DNA of 63,716 nt, filler included, from Intoshia linei (GCA_001642005.1; 10 parts of 10 records of this genome joined end to end with filler, not necessarily neighbours in it), one strand, 5' to 3'. Shown: positions 26,301 through 39,521, numbered from the whole stretch's first letter. Notes: generated from the sequence alone by a model not told the origin. Made by a program: numbers and translations.

Positions 26301-27373
26301 AAAATGATAATAATGCATATCAATGGGTACCGAAATTTTACTATTCCGTTTTTTAACCTTAATTTAAATACAACTACTAAGTAATATATTTTCCCATGCC
26401 TATTCTAAACCCGTATATTTCGTCGACTCTAATATATAAAAAATTTATACATAAATGAGTCACGTATATATTGGTATTAGATTATAAAAATCTACTAAAA
26501 TAAAAGGATATTTCCATTCTACCAGCAGTTTCGCATATTTTCTGATTGGATTTTTTTCCGAAAACAAAAAAAAAGATCGATTTGAAGTTAGGAAAGAGTA
26601 AAATTGAAAATTGAATCCAATTTTACTAAAGAACGAACTGGCAAATGCTTGGTGATTTTTGTCAAATGTATTAGTATTTTTGCTTGAGAAAGACAAAAGT
26701 CTATTTCTGTAATCAATTGTACTCGACGATTTGTGCTTCCTGTAAATGAATATAATTATATAAGGTTATTAGGTTTTAAACATTTATGAATCATCTATAT
26801 AAATTTCTTTTATGTGTGTAGTACCTCCGTATTTAAATTATAGTTACACAGTATAATCAGTAAGTAACACAAATTAATTTGAATAATCGATATTTTTGTT
26901 CACTTAATTTTACTTTTATTCAACTATCACCAAGTATAGTTTATCTGGATGATTTTTAATCGATATAACCAAGTAAATGCAAGGAATATTTTAATCAATT
27001 CTTTTAAACAAATGACTACAAAATGTCACCTAATTAAATGTAAACATTTTTTTTCAATAAAGCTAAACAATGAACCAAATTGCCAATGTAATGATAACAA
27101 TAAAAACATTAACCTCACAAATTGGGTCAACTGAACAAATAAAATAATTAATATTTACGTGTTTCCATATGTAATTGGTCTTTTTTTATTTTTTCTTTGA
27201 TATTGTAAATTCAGACAGTCTTTTATGCCTTTTATATTTACCGCATCACGTCTTTGTTCCAAAAAATCATTGGAGGTAACACCTCTGCGCGATTCCCAAT
27301 TCGTATTTGTTATCGACTCATTAGCTTTTTTCACATCCCTAGTACACCTTTGATGACGTCGAGGGACAATCAT
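20327..27373 (-). CDS. Voltage-gated calcium channel alpha-1 subunit, Cav2 (cacophony/CACNA1A/B/E-like), N-terminus through the start of the II-III loop; 3' half absent
   Basis: Spliced exons give [69 protein letters not shown], pore [61 protein letters not shown] and [24 protein letters not shown] (Cav2-typical). Confidence 0.95.
22861..23609. mobile_element. hAT MITE (composite) in a Cav2 intron
   Basis: CAGTAGTTCCTAACCT...AAAATCACTG; TSD CTCTAAAG/CTCTCAAG. Confidence 0.55.
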
Positions 27374-27760
27374 TTCATTTTTAATCTAATATTCGGAAAA
27401 TGAATCAAATTAACTTGGATTGTACCAATACAAAAAATAAATCAATGCAAGTCCAATCATACTAATTAAATGGTATTCGTTTATAGACATGTACAGTGAT
27501 TATTTCTGTATATCTATTATATATCTGTATATATATTAGTGATCTATACAATACACTTCATATTTAATGATTAATTTTAATTACTAGTCTGTATACAGAA
27601 TTTCAACTACTAAATCTCTAAATCACTTGTAGATTCTAAATTAAATCAATTTATTATTCGTTACCTTCATTTGATTAAATATTACAGGTGAATAAAATTA
27701 TTCACAAACATAAAAATCAATAATAAGTATTTAATAAAAATTTACAATGTAGATAATTAG

Positions 27761-30022
27761 TCAATTCGATACTTTCGAATTTTGGCTTAAATAACCAGAT
27801 ATATTCTCGTAAAGCACCATAGTTATGCAGCACGCCGGCGTTACTCTCAAGATGCACATATACAATCCAGAATAAAAATCACGTATACCACCGACACTAA
27901 AAAAGTAGAATATTAGATCCCATCAAAAGTACTATATATAAATAAATTTATTAATTTTCAACAGCTGAAACAATATTATTTAAATAGGAATAGATGTTTT
28001 CCTCATAAACTGAGAAACATTTTTACTCACATTTTCGTAAACAAACATAACAATAATGATACTAGGTAGCATATGTATGAGAGTCGGAAATATTCCTTTA
28101 TAATAACCTCTCATTCCTTCATTACTAAATTATGTGTATATCGATAAACCAAATCGAAGTAAATTATTACCGTATAATATACATGACCACATCGTAAACC
28201 CCATTGTAACGAGAATGTTGATCCTGCAATCGCGATCTTATAACTTGATAAGGGTAAGTTGTAACAACAGCTATCATTTTGGATAAGCTTGCAAAGGCCA
28301 AATATTCCAAAAACGTCTTAAATAATAATATTACATGATATGGGTAGTTTATAAGCAGTAGTTGGAAAATATAGAAATGCTAACAAATTTTAAACTTTAC
28401 CACACGCGGTGTTAATACGTCGACCAAGATAAACGTCTCAATTCAGAGTTATTATATCAGATCACGGGTGTATCCATTATGAATATGTATATTTACGTTT
28501 TTATATATAAATATATATATATATATAACATCAGATTCAAATAAAATAAAAAAGAGTGGTACCATATTTTCATCTTGATAAATAAAATAAATATTCACAC
28601 ATTTTTATTTATATACTAGTGCTATACATAGTGTATCTTCCAAATTCAGTATTTAATATTAAATTGAGATCTTTCTATGAAAGATAATAAAATTAATTTT
28701 CATCAGAACATATGCCATAAAAAAATTATGCAAAGTTATAAGATTAGTCAGAAAAAATTAATTTCAATTCAATTATTTGATTGCAGGTATATTTCCCGGT
28801 CCTGTATAAGCCGTGTGCTAAAATATCAAAGTTTAATTAGACAGTTAAAGTTAAAGATTAGAATCAATTAAGTTTTTCAAAAATACATTTGAATTTGATA
28901 ATTAAAAATATACATCGTACGATCATCAAATTAAAATTGGAACGAAAATCGTAAAGCTTAATATTAGACATTTGTCAGAATTCCTTTTTACTATAGTCGA
29001 TAACGGATAAATTAAGTTGGTCTCTTTATACCAGGGGTGGGCAAACCACTGCCCACGTAATATTTTTTTCTCCGCTCAAAATTTTATATTGTGTTAAATA
29101 TCGATTAATAAATAATTATAATCTATAAATCTATTTTCGTTTATAAGTTTATTATTTTCCCACCCCTGCTTTATCAAATACAATATTTACGTATTTTCTT
29201 TTATCGGTGTATTCATATTGTCTAAATTTGCAATATCTCTTTTTGGTATCTTCGTAAACTACAAATTGTATAGCGCCATGAGATACTCCAAACAAACCAG
29301 GAGTAAATCCCTACATTTATGTTAAAATTACATCATAAAATTATTGAATCTTAAATGTAAGTTTACTTTGTAAAGAGAAGTAAACCCTTCTTGGCGAATC
29401 ATGGTTTTCATACAATGAAAAATTCCATTATAGGTCTGTGTACCCATATTTTCATACTGTAAAATCAACCGAGTTTTTACGACCCATATTGGATTTGCCA
29501 ATAAAAGCGTGAATACGCCTGAAAATAATGTATATACATTTAAATATACTACCGGCCTGGCTAGCATAACTCAAATGCTGTTTCCAATTTAATTCTACAA
29601 CGTCTTTAGTCTTTAGTGTATGCTGCTTAAGAGAACCGTACCTAAATATTTCATTAAAATTCTGAATAAAATCAATCATAAATTACACTAAAAAATAAAT
29701 TCCCCACGATGTTGATGATCCCATCACATTTGGCAACAATCCTCTGTACAAACTACTCACACCTCCACTTCTTACTATCTTTGAAATAGCGTCAAATATT
29801 CCGGTATATTTGGGTCGATTAATATTGCTTTTACCATTTTCAACTAAATAATGTAGATACCTTTTATCAAGTATACCTTGAAATCTCACTTTAAGCAGGT
29901 CGAGTGGGTGCAAAATCATAGTTGATACGCCACCTAAAATTAACTGTATTGTTTAAAGATAATTTACCTCCTATCATCCCACCAAGTAAGGATTCATATC
30001 GTATGTTACTGTAAAAGCTCAT
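27761..30022 (-). CDS. SLC25A32: Mitochondrial folate/FAD carrier with two alternative last exons
   Basis: [68 protein letters not shown] and [15 protein letters not shown]: three carrier repeats matching SLC25A32. Confidence 0.92.
29032..29168. mobile_element. Small hAT MITE
   Basis: TIR CAGGGGTGGGCAAA...TTTTCCCACCCCTG; TSD CTTTATAC/CTTTATCA. Confidence 0.75.
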
Positions 30023-30459
30023 CTTGACTATTTTTAAAAGTTATAATGAAATTTCGGTATTTCCAGTCATTTCTTCTTAATCATCCCAAATATCAACTGA
30101 AAATATAAGGTTAATATATAAATAACCATAGTTATTTATATTGAACGTTAACACAAATTAAATAAAACTTGGATACGTTGATCTATATTTACGTTTGTGT
30201 TTGATAAAAATACGTATACATTTTGTAATGATTATTTTTATGCGATTATAAGCTTGTATAGCTAATATTAACATTCTACTTATTTGATCAGAAAATATAG
30301 TTTATATATTGAAATCATACAGCCTATCCAGTGGATATTCACATTGATGTGTAACTAACTTAGGGTGTTTACTACATACAATAATTGATTTCAATGACAA
30401 AAACGTTTTTGACGTGTTACTTCAATGAAGTGACTTCATTATTTATTGCCTGTTAACTA

Positions 30460-31136
30460 AGAGTGACCAGAAAATAGTAATTTTATTGTTATTTATTACT
30501 TAGAAACAAAATGAAAAATAAACGTCACTGGAAACTTTAATACAAAATTGAGTAAATGAATAACGTAAAAGATAAATGTAAATAGAGATTAATTGATTTA
30601 TTGTAATTTTAAAGTTATTTTAATGTAACATTTAGTATTTGTCGCTAGATTTAATTTTTAAAAATTATAAATTATAATTCAATTTTTAACTTATTTGAAT
30701 ACTACTTTTGTTTAGATGCAAAGTAATACTTTTTGTAAAAAGTAATACTTCTGGTCACACAGTCGCAATAGTTAACTCGTAACTTATCATGACTCATGAT
30801 TTATGACGAGTGGTCACACGCGTTAAGGCGATTTTAAAAATTATATTATTTAAATATAAAACAGCAACAATGTGAAAATTTAATTGTAAATAACATGTTT
30901 TGATGAAAAATTTTGATATGGTTAAAAAATTATTGTCACCATTTTCCTACATTGCAAATTACAATGCTTTGGTGTCATAAAATAAAACTATTTTCAATTA
31001 CTTCTCCAATTATCACTACTCCGAAATGACGATTTTGCATACATAAATGCATGAAAAGATTTCTGGAAATTTCCGTAAAGGAAAAGTTTGTTTAATATTC
31101 ATTGTTTGTCTCATCATGAGACTCATGAGTCATGAC
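30460..31136. repeat. Two adjacent inverted-repeat (MITE-like) elements between SLC25A32 and MRPL20
   Basis: GTGACCAGAA...TTCTGGTCAC (about 30460-30762) and TCATGACTCATGA...TCATGAGTCATGA (about 30787-31136). Confidence 0.5.
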
Positions 31137-31348
31137 ATTATTTTCATGTACTAAGGATGATCAACTTACCGACGTAATTTACTATTTCGAATTATTAAAA
31201 ATAGATAATTTTCATTATTGAGAATTCAAAATATGTACGGGAGTAGGTAGACGCTCGAAAAGTGACCACTCCCCAAAACAGTGGATTACCATTACGATAA
31301 TTTAAATAAATCAAATAAAGTTAATCAAAAGATTAATTCAATTTAAAA

Positions 31349-31803
31349 ATGAGTAAGCAACAAGAAAAATTTTGGAGAATACAACAAATTTTGAGATTTT
31401 CGTGGAGATTCAAGGGTCGGAAGAGAAATTGTTTTGCAATTGGAAGACGTTATGCGAACAAAGCGTTATATTATTCATCTGTTTCACGGTAAAGTGTATA
31501 GTTTATTTATTGCTGATATAAGTTTTTAGAATACTCAAAAGATCTCATAACTGTCGATTATACACTTATCGATTTAATGCTGCTTGTAGTGAACACGGAT
31601 TAATGGGAAATGATGTTATGAATTCTTTGAATTCAGTTAATATTATTTTATCCAAAAAAATTCTCACTCATTTGTCAATTTATGAACCGAAATCGTTTAA
31701 AAGTTTAATGGAAATTTCTAGAAAATATATAAAACAAAATGATATCAATACTAAAAATCCACTTGACATGAAAAGCTTCCAATTATCATATGCAACTGTT
31801 TAG
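31349..31803 (+). CDS. MRPL20: Mitochondrial ribosomal protein L20 (bL20m), 2 exons
   Basis: FWRIQQILRFSWRFKGRKRNCF..R|ILKR..RFNAACSEHGL..KKILTHLSIYEPKSFKSL. The true start could lie in an unrecognised upstream exon. Confidence 0.88.
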
Positions 31804-31823
31804 ATGTATATAAATTTTTAATA

Positions 31824-32711
31824 TTAAAACATTTTTTTTTTAATTTTCAGTGTCTTGTAGGATGTTATAACATGTTGAGTATCATAATCTTGTGAAATTT
31901 GGTTATTTAGTCGCATTGGTTTTGAACTACAATTTTTCCAATTTATACTTTGTTTTAAAAATTCTTTACGAAGCGTTGTACATCTTGTCGGTTTTATGGT
32001 ATTGAATATGGATTTTTGACTTTTATTAGAATATAATTTTCTAGGTTTCGGATTTTTATCATAAATATGCTTACATATTACTGGCTGCCATGAATTTTGA
32101 TTAATGTAGACATCTGATTTATCTTCATGGTCAGTTTTTTTTGAAGATCTTTGACTTATATTCTTGCACCAAGTTACAAATGATAATTTATTTTGTTCTC
32201 TTTTGCTTTGATTTTCTAGCTCTAATTTTATTTTTTGTTCCTGTAAATTCAATTCAATCTGTTTCCGTTCCATGTTTTTCTTTCTTAGCCATGTCTCGTA
32301 ACATTTTTTTGTTTCAAGTTCTCTCTTCTTTTCAATTTCTTTTGTTTCTTGATTCGACTGTATTTTATCTTTTATTTTTTTTCTCAATACCATATTATCT
32401 ATTTCTGCTTTTTTATGTATCCATTCATGTACCTTTTTCTGATTTAAATTTACTTTATTAATTTTTTCTATTGTTTCACGAGCAGATTTTATTTTATTTT
32501 CAAAAAAATATGTTTGTTCTTCTATTTGTTTTTTCTTAATTTCAATTTCTTTTTTAATAGTCCATTTTTGCCAAGCATCCACTACCGAATTTCCTTTTAA
32601 ATTTTGTTCGTTGACATTTAAAACTGACAATGCATCTGTATTTTCAATTTTTGTGTGTATTTTTGTGGTATAATTTATGGGAATATGTTGATCGGCACAG
32701 TTATCATTCAT
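31824..32711 (-). CDS. CCDC34: Coiled-coil protein, CCDC34-like
   Basis: 295-aa ORF with periodic Trp motifs (AWQKW, VHEWIHKK, YETWLRKK, FVTWC) in a charged coiled coil, and YINQNSWQPV resembling the CCDC34 C-terminal FYNPIPWKPI. Confidence 0.65.
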   Translation of the reverse strand: MNDNCADQHIPINYTTKIHTKIENTDALSVLNVNEQNLKGNSVVDAWQKWTIKKEIEIKKKQIEEQTYFFENKIKSARETIEKINKVNLNQKKVHEWIHKKAEIDNMVLRKKIKDKIQSNQETKEIEKKRELETKKCYETWLRKKNMERKQIELNLQEQKIKLELENQSKREQNKLSFVTWCKNISQRSSKKTDHEDKSDVYINQNSWQPVICKHIYDKNPKPRKLYSNKSQKSIFNTIKPTRCTTLRKEFLKQSINWKNCSSKPMRLNNQISQDYDTQHVITSYKTLKIKKKMF

Positions 32712-32806
32712 TTTAAACTACTATTTCATATTAGTAACATTCAAACAAAACAATATTATATACCTAGCAATTGTCAATATCCAAATAAATACATTATATG
32801 GGTGAA

Positions 32807-33757
32807 ATGTCCATAAATTCCCAATTTCCTCGAGATAGAGAAAATAAACATGAGTTAAACTCGACTTTAAAATTAGATGAATATTTAAATGAATGGAAAT
32901 TTTTGTTTGAAGAGGTAACAAATAAATAATTTACAAAATAATTTATTTACTTATTTGATTATAATTAAGAAATTGAAAATTTTCAAAATTGTACCTAAAA
33001 AAAAAATTTGCCCGTATCACATTCATCAGTTTTTAGGAAATGTTGCAGATAAATTAAGTAATTAAAACTATAACATCATATTTGTATTAATAGAAATTTA
33101 TAATGAACCATGCTTTGTAAAAAAAACAATAAAAGCACTACGTGTTAATCTGATTTCTGATCAAATCAAAGAGGTATAAACCATAAATAATTTTAATCTA
33201 GAATGGACTCAATCGTAGTGTAATGGTGACTTTCGAGAAATCTATACATTATTAAATTCAATTAGATTCCGGTAGTATGACATGTAAAATCTCACCTATA
33301 TAAGTAAATCGAAATACACATATGGCTGCTGAAGTTGTTTAACCTTTGATTACCCATATATTAATTACAAACACTTTAACATTTATAATTATCTAAATTA
33401 ATGATAATTATAATCAATTTAGATTTTATCAATCTATGATTTTATTATTGGATATTCACATTAGTATAATGACAAAAATAAATGAAGTACTAATAGTATA
33501 TTAAATTTATAACATTCTACCATTAAAACTAATCGTCACTGACGATGGGTAAGTTGCCAAAATGGGTGGTGCGAGATATTTAAAATTTTTTCAGATTGTA
33601 TGATATTTTGCATCTAATAATAATATTCTTGAAGTTGAAGATGAAAAAACGATGGTCAACCACTGCAACTGGGATTGTTGTAATGCTGAGGTTGACAACA
33701 AATTTACAAGAGGGGATCGCAGAATGGTTATTGACACGTATCATGAATATAAGTGAG
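32807..33757 (+). CDS. Possible multi-exon gene of unknown function, head-to-head with CCDC34
   Basis: ATG at 32807 and phase-compatible short GT-AG introns give MSINSQFPRD..EWKFLFEE|KLKIFKIVP..|IYNEPCFVKK..QIKE. Downstream exons could not be joined cleanly. Confidence 0.3.
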
Positions 33758-34842
33758 ACAATAAATAAATTGACACGAATATAAAAATTAAAAGATTAAA
33801 AAATATTTTTACAAAGTTTACAATACAATTAATTTTATTTTTTATATTCACTTAATTTTCGTTATATCATTTAATAATTAAATTTAATATCTTTAGTTAT
33901 ATATCACTATCATACTGATTAAGATTCGAATATATACTTTTGATATAACTCACTTGATATGTTTAACTGGCAGAGTAGTCATATAATTGTATCCTGCGTG
34001 GTTAGGTTCGAATCACCAAATCGGGATTCCAGATTTGGACAACATTTTATTTAAGATGAACTTTCTGAGTTTTTATCAGCCAAACGTTACAATATCAGAT
34101 AAACATTTAATAATTAAAATTTAATACAAGTGAAATTTGTTCATTTAAATGCCGTATAAGGCTACGAAGTCGTTAATTTGATTTATTTATATATGTCATA
34201 TTCAATTTACTGGACCGAAACTGGCCGCATGCGTCTTGTGGTCGCCATTGCCTTACCTTTGTTGTATCGAATATAAAGATTGATAATTTAAAAAAATATT
34301 TTAATTATCATGTAATATACATGTTTTATTTATGTAATCCACAATGCTGATAAAACATTACTTATTGTATATTGTTTAGGTGGACGAAAAAAATTTCGAA
34401 TTGATGAATACCGTTTATATCAAAATTCAAACTAAACTATCATATGACAACAAAAATATTCGCCCAAAAAAAATTGTATATATAATTTATAGATTACAGA
34501 CCGTTTGAATAGTTGTATACTAATTTAAGAATTAGTGTTATTTATTAAATATAATTAGCATAGTCCACTTTTACTGACATGAAAAATAAAATATAATAAT
34601 AATAATTAACAAAATATTAAATAAAAAACCAATCTATTAAAAACCAAATACTATATAGTATTGTAGTGTATCTATAGAAATAGATAAACCCAATTTTAAC
34701 AACCTTTAAAGTTTTTCGGTAAAAATGGATTATCTACTATTATTTGATCATTCCGTTTCGATTTTGTAAAAGTTCTATATTTGTAGTTGCTATATTTTTT
34801 TTATATATACATTTTTTTTTCCTTAGCGTCTTAGCCTTAGAT

Positions 34843-35281
34843 CAGGGATGCACAACCTTTCCATCAATTCGGCATTTACAATTAAATAAATATACATAAA
34901 TAAATTATTCATTTATACAGAGTTCACACAAAATTTACTTTGACAGTGAGAAAGTTTAAATCCAATTTGAGAAACTGAGGAAAAGTCAAAAATATATTTT
35001 TATGATTAAAATGTATTAAATGACCTTGAATAAAATCTGATTTAAAATTTTTTAAATTGAAGTAAAATTGCATATTGGATTGCACACAAAGCAACAACGA
35101 AATTTAAATTAGCCATTTTAAAAAGATACTCATATGCTTCATATGTTTATGAAGTTAAACATAAATATATATTATAAACTACACCGTTCGAATACAGTGC
35201 ATCGTTTACTGTGAATTGATATAGCCATATAAAATTTTTCTATATAACGCAAAACTATCTCGTACAGGTTGTGCACTCCTG
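34843..35281. mobile_element. hAT MITE
   Basis: TIR CAGGGATGCACAACCT...AGGTTGTGCACTCCTG; TSD degenerate. Confidence 0.65.
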
Positions 35282-35471
35282 ACGTAGACAATGATGAAAA
35301 TCAATTATTCGCATTAGCTTTGGTAAAAATATTATATAATATAAATATATATATAGATAATTATCTATTATATAATATAATATTATATATATTATAAGTA
35401 TAACGATTTGATATTTTAATAAATAATAAATTAAACGATTTGAAACTTCAAACGGACGGTATAGACTATTA

Positions 35472-36528
35472 CACACTGTGTCAAATTTTTAGGAAAATTA
35501 TATAAAGCTATGTAATACACTCAAGATCTAGCCAAAATATTTATTTTTTTTTGTAATTCGGTGACTTGTAACAAATGCTAATATTATTCATTAAAAAATA
35601 AATAGTTAATATGCAAAAAAAACTTTTTATCTACTTATTATCGTTTTTTTGCATAACTTAGTGTGTCAAATTATTAGGCAAATTTATAATGGGACAAAAA
35701 AACGATTTAAAAATGGACGAAAAAAGCCAAATAATGGCTTTATTATCAAAAGGGAAGACAACTCTTCAAATTTCCAAATGTTTAAAGCGCGATAATCGCA
35801 CTATAAAGAAATGAATTAATGATCTATCTAAAATAACCGTAAAATCGAATAATCGGATAAATTCGAAGACCGAAATTTTTAGAAATAAGTGCATATTTAT
35901 GCATGACAATGCATTTTCACATGCATCGTTATATACTAGCACATTTATTTCAGAAAATTGCATTAGCGGAGAAAAATTGATGAATTGGCCCCAACAGCCC
36001 CGATTAGTAGAAACACAATAGAAAATTACTGGACCATGATAAAAATGTAATATATTAAAATTACTTTAATAATTATTCATATTAATCATTTAGAAAATTA
36101 TATTTGGTTGGGACTCATTATAACTTTATTGATGAACTTTGGAATGCTATTAAAGAAGTGTTTAAATCAATTATACCAGAACGTGTCAAGAGATTGACCG
36201 ATTCTGTCAATGCTAGGCTCATTAAGGTGTTACAAGTTCATGGCAACTATATTAAATATTAAATATTAGAACTAATTTTTAATGATAAATTCCACTTCAT
36301 TCACCTATGTTCATTACATTTGCCTAATATTTTGACACACTTGTATTAACTAATATTTATATATATTCAATTATTTCAATTTTAATTGTATTAGATTTTT
36401 TTTGTTTGCATTTTAAATATTGTCGTAAACTATTGTGCACACTCACTAAAAAAATTTAAGAATTTAGTCCAGTCTTTGGAACGAATTTTTTAATTTTTTA
36501 GATTTGCCTAATAAATTAACACAGTGTG
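35472..36528 (+). mobile_element. Tc1-like (TRT/DD37E) transposon, internally deleted copy with both ends
   Basis: TA-flanked TIRs CACACTGTGTCAAATT..AGG; inner repeats at 35661 and 36320. Retains the transposase start and C-terminus (MHDNA..SHAS, IENYW, DELWNAI). Matches 56507-57966. Confidence 0.88.
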
Positions 36529-36721
36529 TATACATCAAAAAATATATATTTGTATAATATAGCAGTGATTTCTTAATTTTGAAACGTAACTTGTACGTCG
36601 TATAACCTCCATTTCATAAAANNNNNNNNNNNNNNNNNNNNNNNNNNNNNNNNNNNNNNNNNNNNTTAATTAATTAANNNNNNNNNNNNNNNNNNNNNNN
36701 NNNNNNNNNNNNNNNNNNNNN

Positions 36722-37103
36722 GTTGCAAGAAAATTTGACAGATTGCCAAGTATAAAATATGGACGAAACGGAACTATTATGGAGAAAAATTCCAAAAACA
36801 ACAATGTCAACTTCATACGAACGAAAAAATAATAAAAAGGGAAAAAAACATTATAAAGATAAAATTACCATTTTGTGTACATCCAATATGGATGGTACCG
36901 ATCATCAGAAGCTGATGGTAGTTAGAAAAAGTAGAAATCCAAGAAGCTTTAAGGGACATGATATACCCGTTTATTATACTCACTCAAAATCAAGTTGGGT
37001 TAATCGTGACATAATTATTGATTGGTTTTATAAACATTTTGTCGTTGATTCAAGAGCTCATTGTATTTCAATGGGGCTAGATAAAAATAAGAAGAAAAAA
37101 TAA
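36722..37103 (+). mobile_element. pogo/Tigger (Jerky-like) transposase fragment
   Basis: MDETELLW..KITILCTSNMDG..KSRNPRSFKG..YYTHSKSSWV: DDE_1-type. Confidence 0.85.
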
Positions 37104-37559
37104 AATTATAAAAACATATTTTGTCATTTTCAATGTGATGACAAAAATTACATATATAAATATTTAAATTAACTTAATAATTTTAATATCTATTTCTATT
37201 TTTCTAGTTTCTTAATTTCTAAAGTTTAGATCCTAAACATAAATTGTAAATAAATTTCTATGTAAAAAATTTTATATATATCACTATGATTACTACATTA
37301 CTACATAACTCGTTAGTAGAAAAAATGAAATAAGAGACAAAGACTAGTTTATTTTTATTGTTTACTAACGAGAGTTGACTGTATGAATTTGAATGAATAT
37401 TTTATTGCTCACAATTATAGACATTGTAATAATAAAATTAAATTGATTTAAATTTCAAAATAATGAAAAAAACTATCACATATTACGGAAGAAACGTTAC
37501 TTGTTAAAGTTTTTATGGAGTTTTTTTTAAGGAATTTAATAGTACAAAATGTGAATTTT

Positions 37560-38122
37560 CACGAAGATGGTTGCAAGGGTTTAAAAAAATAGAATTAAAT
37601 CTTACAAGTTATGTGGTGAGTCTGAAGGTGCTGATATTAAAGCTGCTAATCAATTTGTCAGTGATTTTAAAAAGATCATTTTCCAAGAAAATTTAACAGA
37701 AACACAAATTTACCATATGGATGAAACCGGCTTAGAATGGAGTAAAATATCTAAAAATACATTATCGACATTATTCGAGAGGAAGAAAATGAAAATAGGA
37801 AAAAAATGTAGTAATGAGAGGATTACCATTTGCTGCACTTCTAATATGGATGGAACTAATAGACAAAAATTAATGGTGGTTGGTAAAAGCAAAATGCTAA
37901 GAAGTTTTAAAGGGTATTATCCACCTATATATTATACTTCATCTAAATCGAGTTGGGTTTGTAGAGATATCGCCATTGATTGGTTTTATAATCACTTTGT
38001 ACCTGACTCTAGGGCTCATTGTACATCCATGGGACTAAATACAAATTGTAAAAATTTACTTTTGATGTACCGATGCCCTGCACATCCACCGGTTCAATTT
38101 CTAATGTCGGATAATGTTGCAG
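37560..38122 (+). mobile_element. pogo/Tigger transposase fragment (second, related copy)
   Basis: KLCGESEGAD..IYHMDETGL..ERITICCTSNMDG..GKSK..SSWV..CPAHP. Confidence 0.85.
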
Positions 38123-38222
38123 NNNNNNNNNNNNNNNNNNNNNNNNNNNNNNNNNNNNNNNNNNNNTTAATTAATTAANNNNNNNNNNNNNNNNNNNNNN
38201 NNNNNNNNNNNNNNNNNNNNNN

Positions 38223-39521
38223 AAAAAAGGTCATTTGTATAATTACTGTAATAGTCAAATAAATAATAATGATTACGTTCCATTATTTTTTGTAGAAGCT
38301 ATAATAGACAATAACAAAATATCATGTCTGGTAGACATAGGATCGTCAGCCTCATTTTTACCATCTTATTTTAAATCGAATAAATCATATGATAATGAAT
38401 TTACCTCTATAACTGGTCAAAAATTAAAAATAGGCGGAAACGTAAATGTACGATTTACATAAATGTTTTAAAAAACACATTCGAGTATGAATTCGTTATA
38501 TCAGAAGATGTACAAAATCCAATCATTGGGCTAGATTTTATCAAGAACTATTCAATTAATATTTTACAAAATCCTATACGGTTACAAATTAATTTCATAA
38601 AATAGCATTTCATTTGTCAAGGAATTAGAATCAAAATCTATCGATTTATGTGATCCAAATCTTAACTGTCATACAGATATTAACTCAATGGCTTCTTTTA
38701 ACGATCAATTCAAATCTGTTGTGGATAAATATAAATACAATATTTACGAATAAACCTGGTAGATCAAAAAATTATATATATTATTATATATTAAAAATTA
38801 TTACATGATATATCTATTGAAGAAGATTCTAAACAAATAGTAGGACATTCTTACTCTCCTCCTATTAATCAAAGAAGCATATTACCGGAACAAATTAATG
38901 AAATGCTAAAAGCGGGAATTATTGAATACGCTAAGAGTTAATACAGATCATTTTGTCTCATAGTAAAGAAAAAAGATGGTTCCAATCGTTTTTGTGTTGA
39001 TTACCACAAATTAAATTCAATTACAAAACGTGATACATATCTAATTCCAAAACAAAATGATATTTTCGATAATTTACAAGGGAATACATACTTTTCCACT
39101 TTTGATCTATGTTTGGGATTTTGGCAAATACCATTATCCTCTTCAGTTAAAACAAAAACTGCATTTTCAGCTGGTCCCAAAGGCGCATTGTATATAAGTG
39201 TCAATAAGTTTAAACATTTGTTGAGAAAAAAATTCATAATTTTAACAAACCATAATCCATTAACATCTCTTTCATGTTCATCCAAATTAACCGGAATGAA
39301 ATTTAGATGGTTTCAAGATTTATCTGATTACGATTTTGTGATTCAGTACAGACCAGGTCAACAAAATAAAATGGCCGACCAACTTTCTCGGTGCAATGCA
39401 GTCATACATAATAATAATTTTAACATTGAAATGTATCAGTGCAATGACATATACTGTAATCAACCTATCAGTTTAGGATTGATCAACTTAAAACTGAAAA
39501 AAATTATCGTTAGTTACAAGA
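38223..39521 (+). mobile_element. Ty3/Gypsy LTR retrotransposon pol remnant (protease, RT 5' part, RNase H 3' part)
   Basis: CLVDIGSSASF, RFCVDYHKLNSIT..FSTFDLCLGFWQI, RW..LSDYDFVIQYRPG..NKMADQLSR. Contains stops and an internal deletion near 39185. Confidence 0.9.

Noticed and set aside
32141-32461. 106-aa hydrophobic ORF
   Set aside because: Antisense shadow of the Lys/Glu-rich CCDC34 ORF.
33595-33757. In-frame TGA before a CNWDCCN-containing frame, possible selenoprotein
   Set aside because: The exon structure is unresolved and no SECIS element was recognised.
33961-34030. tRNA-like A/B boxes (TGGCAGAGTAG, GGTTCGAATC)
   Set aside because: No convincing acceptor or anticodon stems; at most a SINE or tRNA relic.
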